Both the position numbers and the translations under genes were made by a program. DNA of 21,515 bases from Paraspadella gotoi (taxonomy: Eukaryota > Animalia > Chaetognatha), in contig CM119268.1 in assembly GCA_051294375.1 (NCBI GenBank), positions 1,672,580 through 1,694,094 of the forward strand, written 5' to 3'. The notes beneath the pieces are model-generated. The model saw only the letters and a program-made list of their open reading frames with translations. It was not told the DNA's origin and did no database searches. Below are positions 20,699-21,515 of this stretch, in pieces (within the stretch, counting starts at the first letter, position 1; every line of letters begins with the position of its first letter).

Positions 20699-21068
20699 NN
20701 NNNNNNNNNNNNNNNNNNNNNNNNNNNNNNNNNNNNNNNNNNNNNNNNNNNNNNNNNNNNNNNNNNNNNNNNNNNNNNNNNNNNNNNNNNNNNNNNNNNN
20801 NNNNNNNNNNNNNNNNNNNNNNNNNNNNNNNNNNNNNNNNNNNNNNNNNNNNNNNNNNNNNNNNNNNNNNNNNNNNNNNNNNNNNNNNNNNNNNNNNNNN
20901 NNNNNNNNNNNNNNNNNNNNNNNNNNNNNNNNNNNNNNNNNNNNNNNNNNNNNNNNNNNNNNNNNNNNNNNNNNNNNNNNNNNNNNNNNNNNNNNNNNNN
21001 NNNNNNNNNNNNNNNNNNNNNNNNNNNNNNNNNNNNNNNNNNNNNNNNNNNNNNNNNNNNNNNNNNNN
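20699..21068. other. Assembly gap (370 N)
   Basis: N run flanked by (CT)n and (GTC)n. It may hide the next RhoGAP exon. Confidence 0.99.
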
Positions 21069-21515
21069 GTCGTCGTCGTCGTCGTTACCTTCTTGTTTGT
21101 TTGTTATATTTTGTTTTTTTAAATAATTTTATAGCAAAAGAAGTTTAATTTCGAAAACTAACTCTGAATAAATGACATGAATGATAAAATGTGATTATCT
21201 TGGACTTGGTGATTCATCGGCAAGACCTCTGGATCACGACTTGATGTGATCTTTTCCATATCCCGCAATCACCAATGACCAATCCACGTTCTCTGACCCC
21301 TTCACTGACCTCTCCCATGACCCTCCGCTTTCGCGATCGATACCTTGGAATTCCCTTTCCTTATTGTCACATCTCACAAGAGTCATTGGTCTCACTTTCT
21401 CTTTTTGATTCTTCACTCATCTTCTTCGCTCAGACTTTCTGTCTTCCATCAGTTTTTGGGATCGCGACTCTCGGCTGACGACGATGACGACGAAGATGAC
21501 AATGACGACGATGAC

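Overview
Eukaryotic, probably invertebrate animal, genomic DNA that is microsatellite-rich and has three N-gaps and some error-prone segments. Most ORF-track entries are low-complexity artefacts. The real content is a multi-exon + strand gene for a BAR + RhoGAP protein of the ARHGAP17(RICH1)/ARHGAP44/SH3BP1/RhoGAP92B family. Seven exons can be read out (6255-6386, 7479-7620, 13767-13895, 18489-18592, 18728-18833, 19504-19611, 20278-20356). All junctions are phase-consistent except 13895/18489, where ~20 codons are corrupted or missing. A noisy upstream exon probably lies at ~4720-4884, and the gene runs on past the last gap. Unusual points: (1) the RhoGAP arginine finger is Lys (EEGLFK, codon AAG); (2) one 3' splice site is tandemly repeated 7 times in a 36-bp frame-preserving minisatellite, and copy 2 carries an in-frame stop; (3) one 5' splice site begins a 12-bp frame-preserving repeat; (4) there is a GC-AG intron. 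Also present are a CCA-bearing tRNA-Leu 3'-half retrocopy, a probable terminal exon of a minus-strand gene, three copies of a tRNA-derived SINE-like repeat and two inverted Helentron/DINE-1-like elements. Family assignments come from remembered sequences compared by eye, not from database searches.
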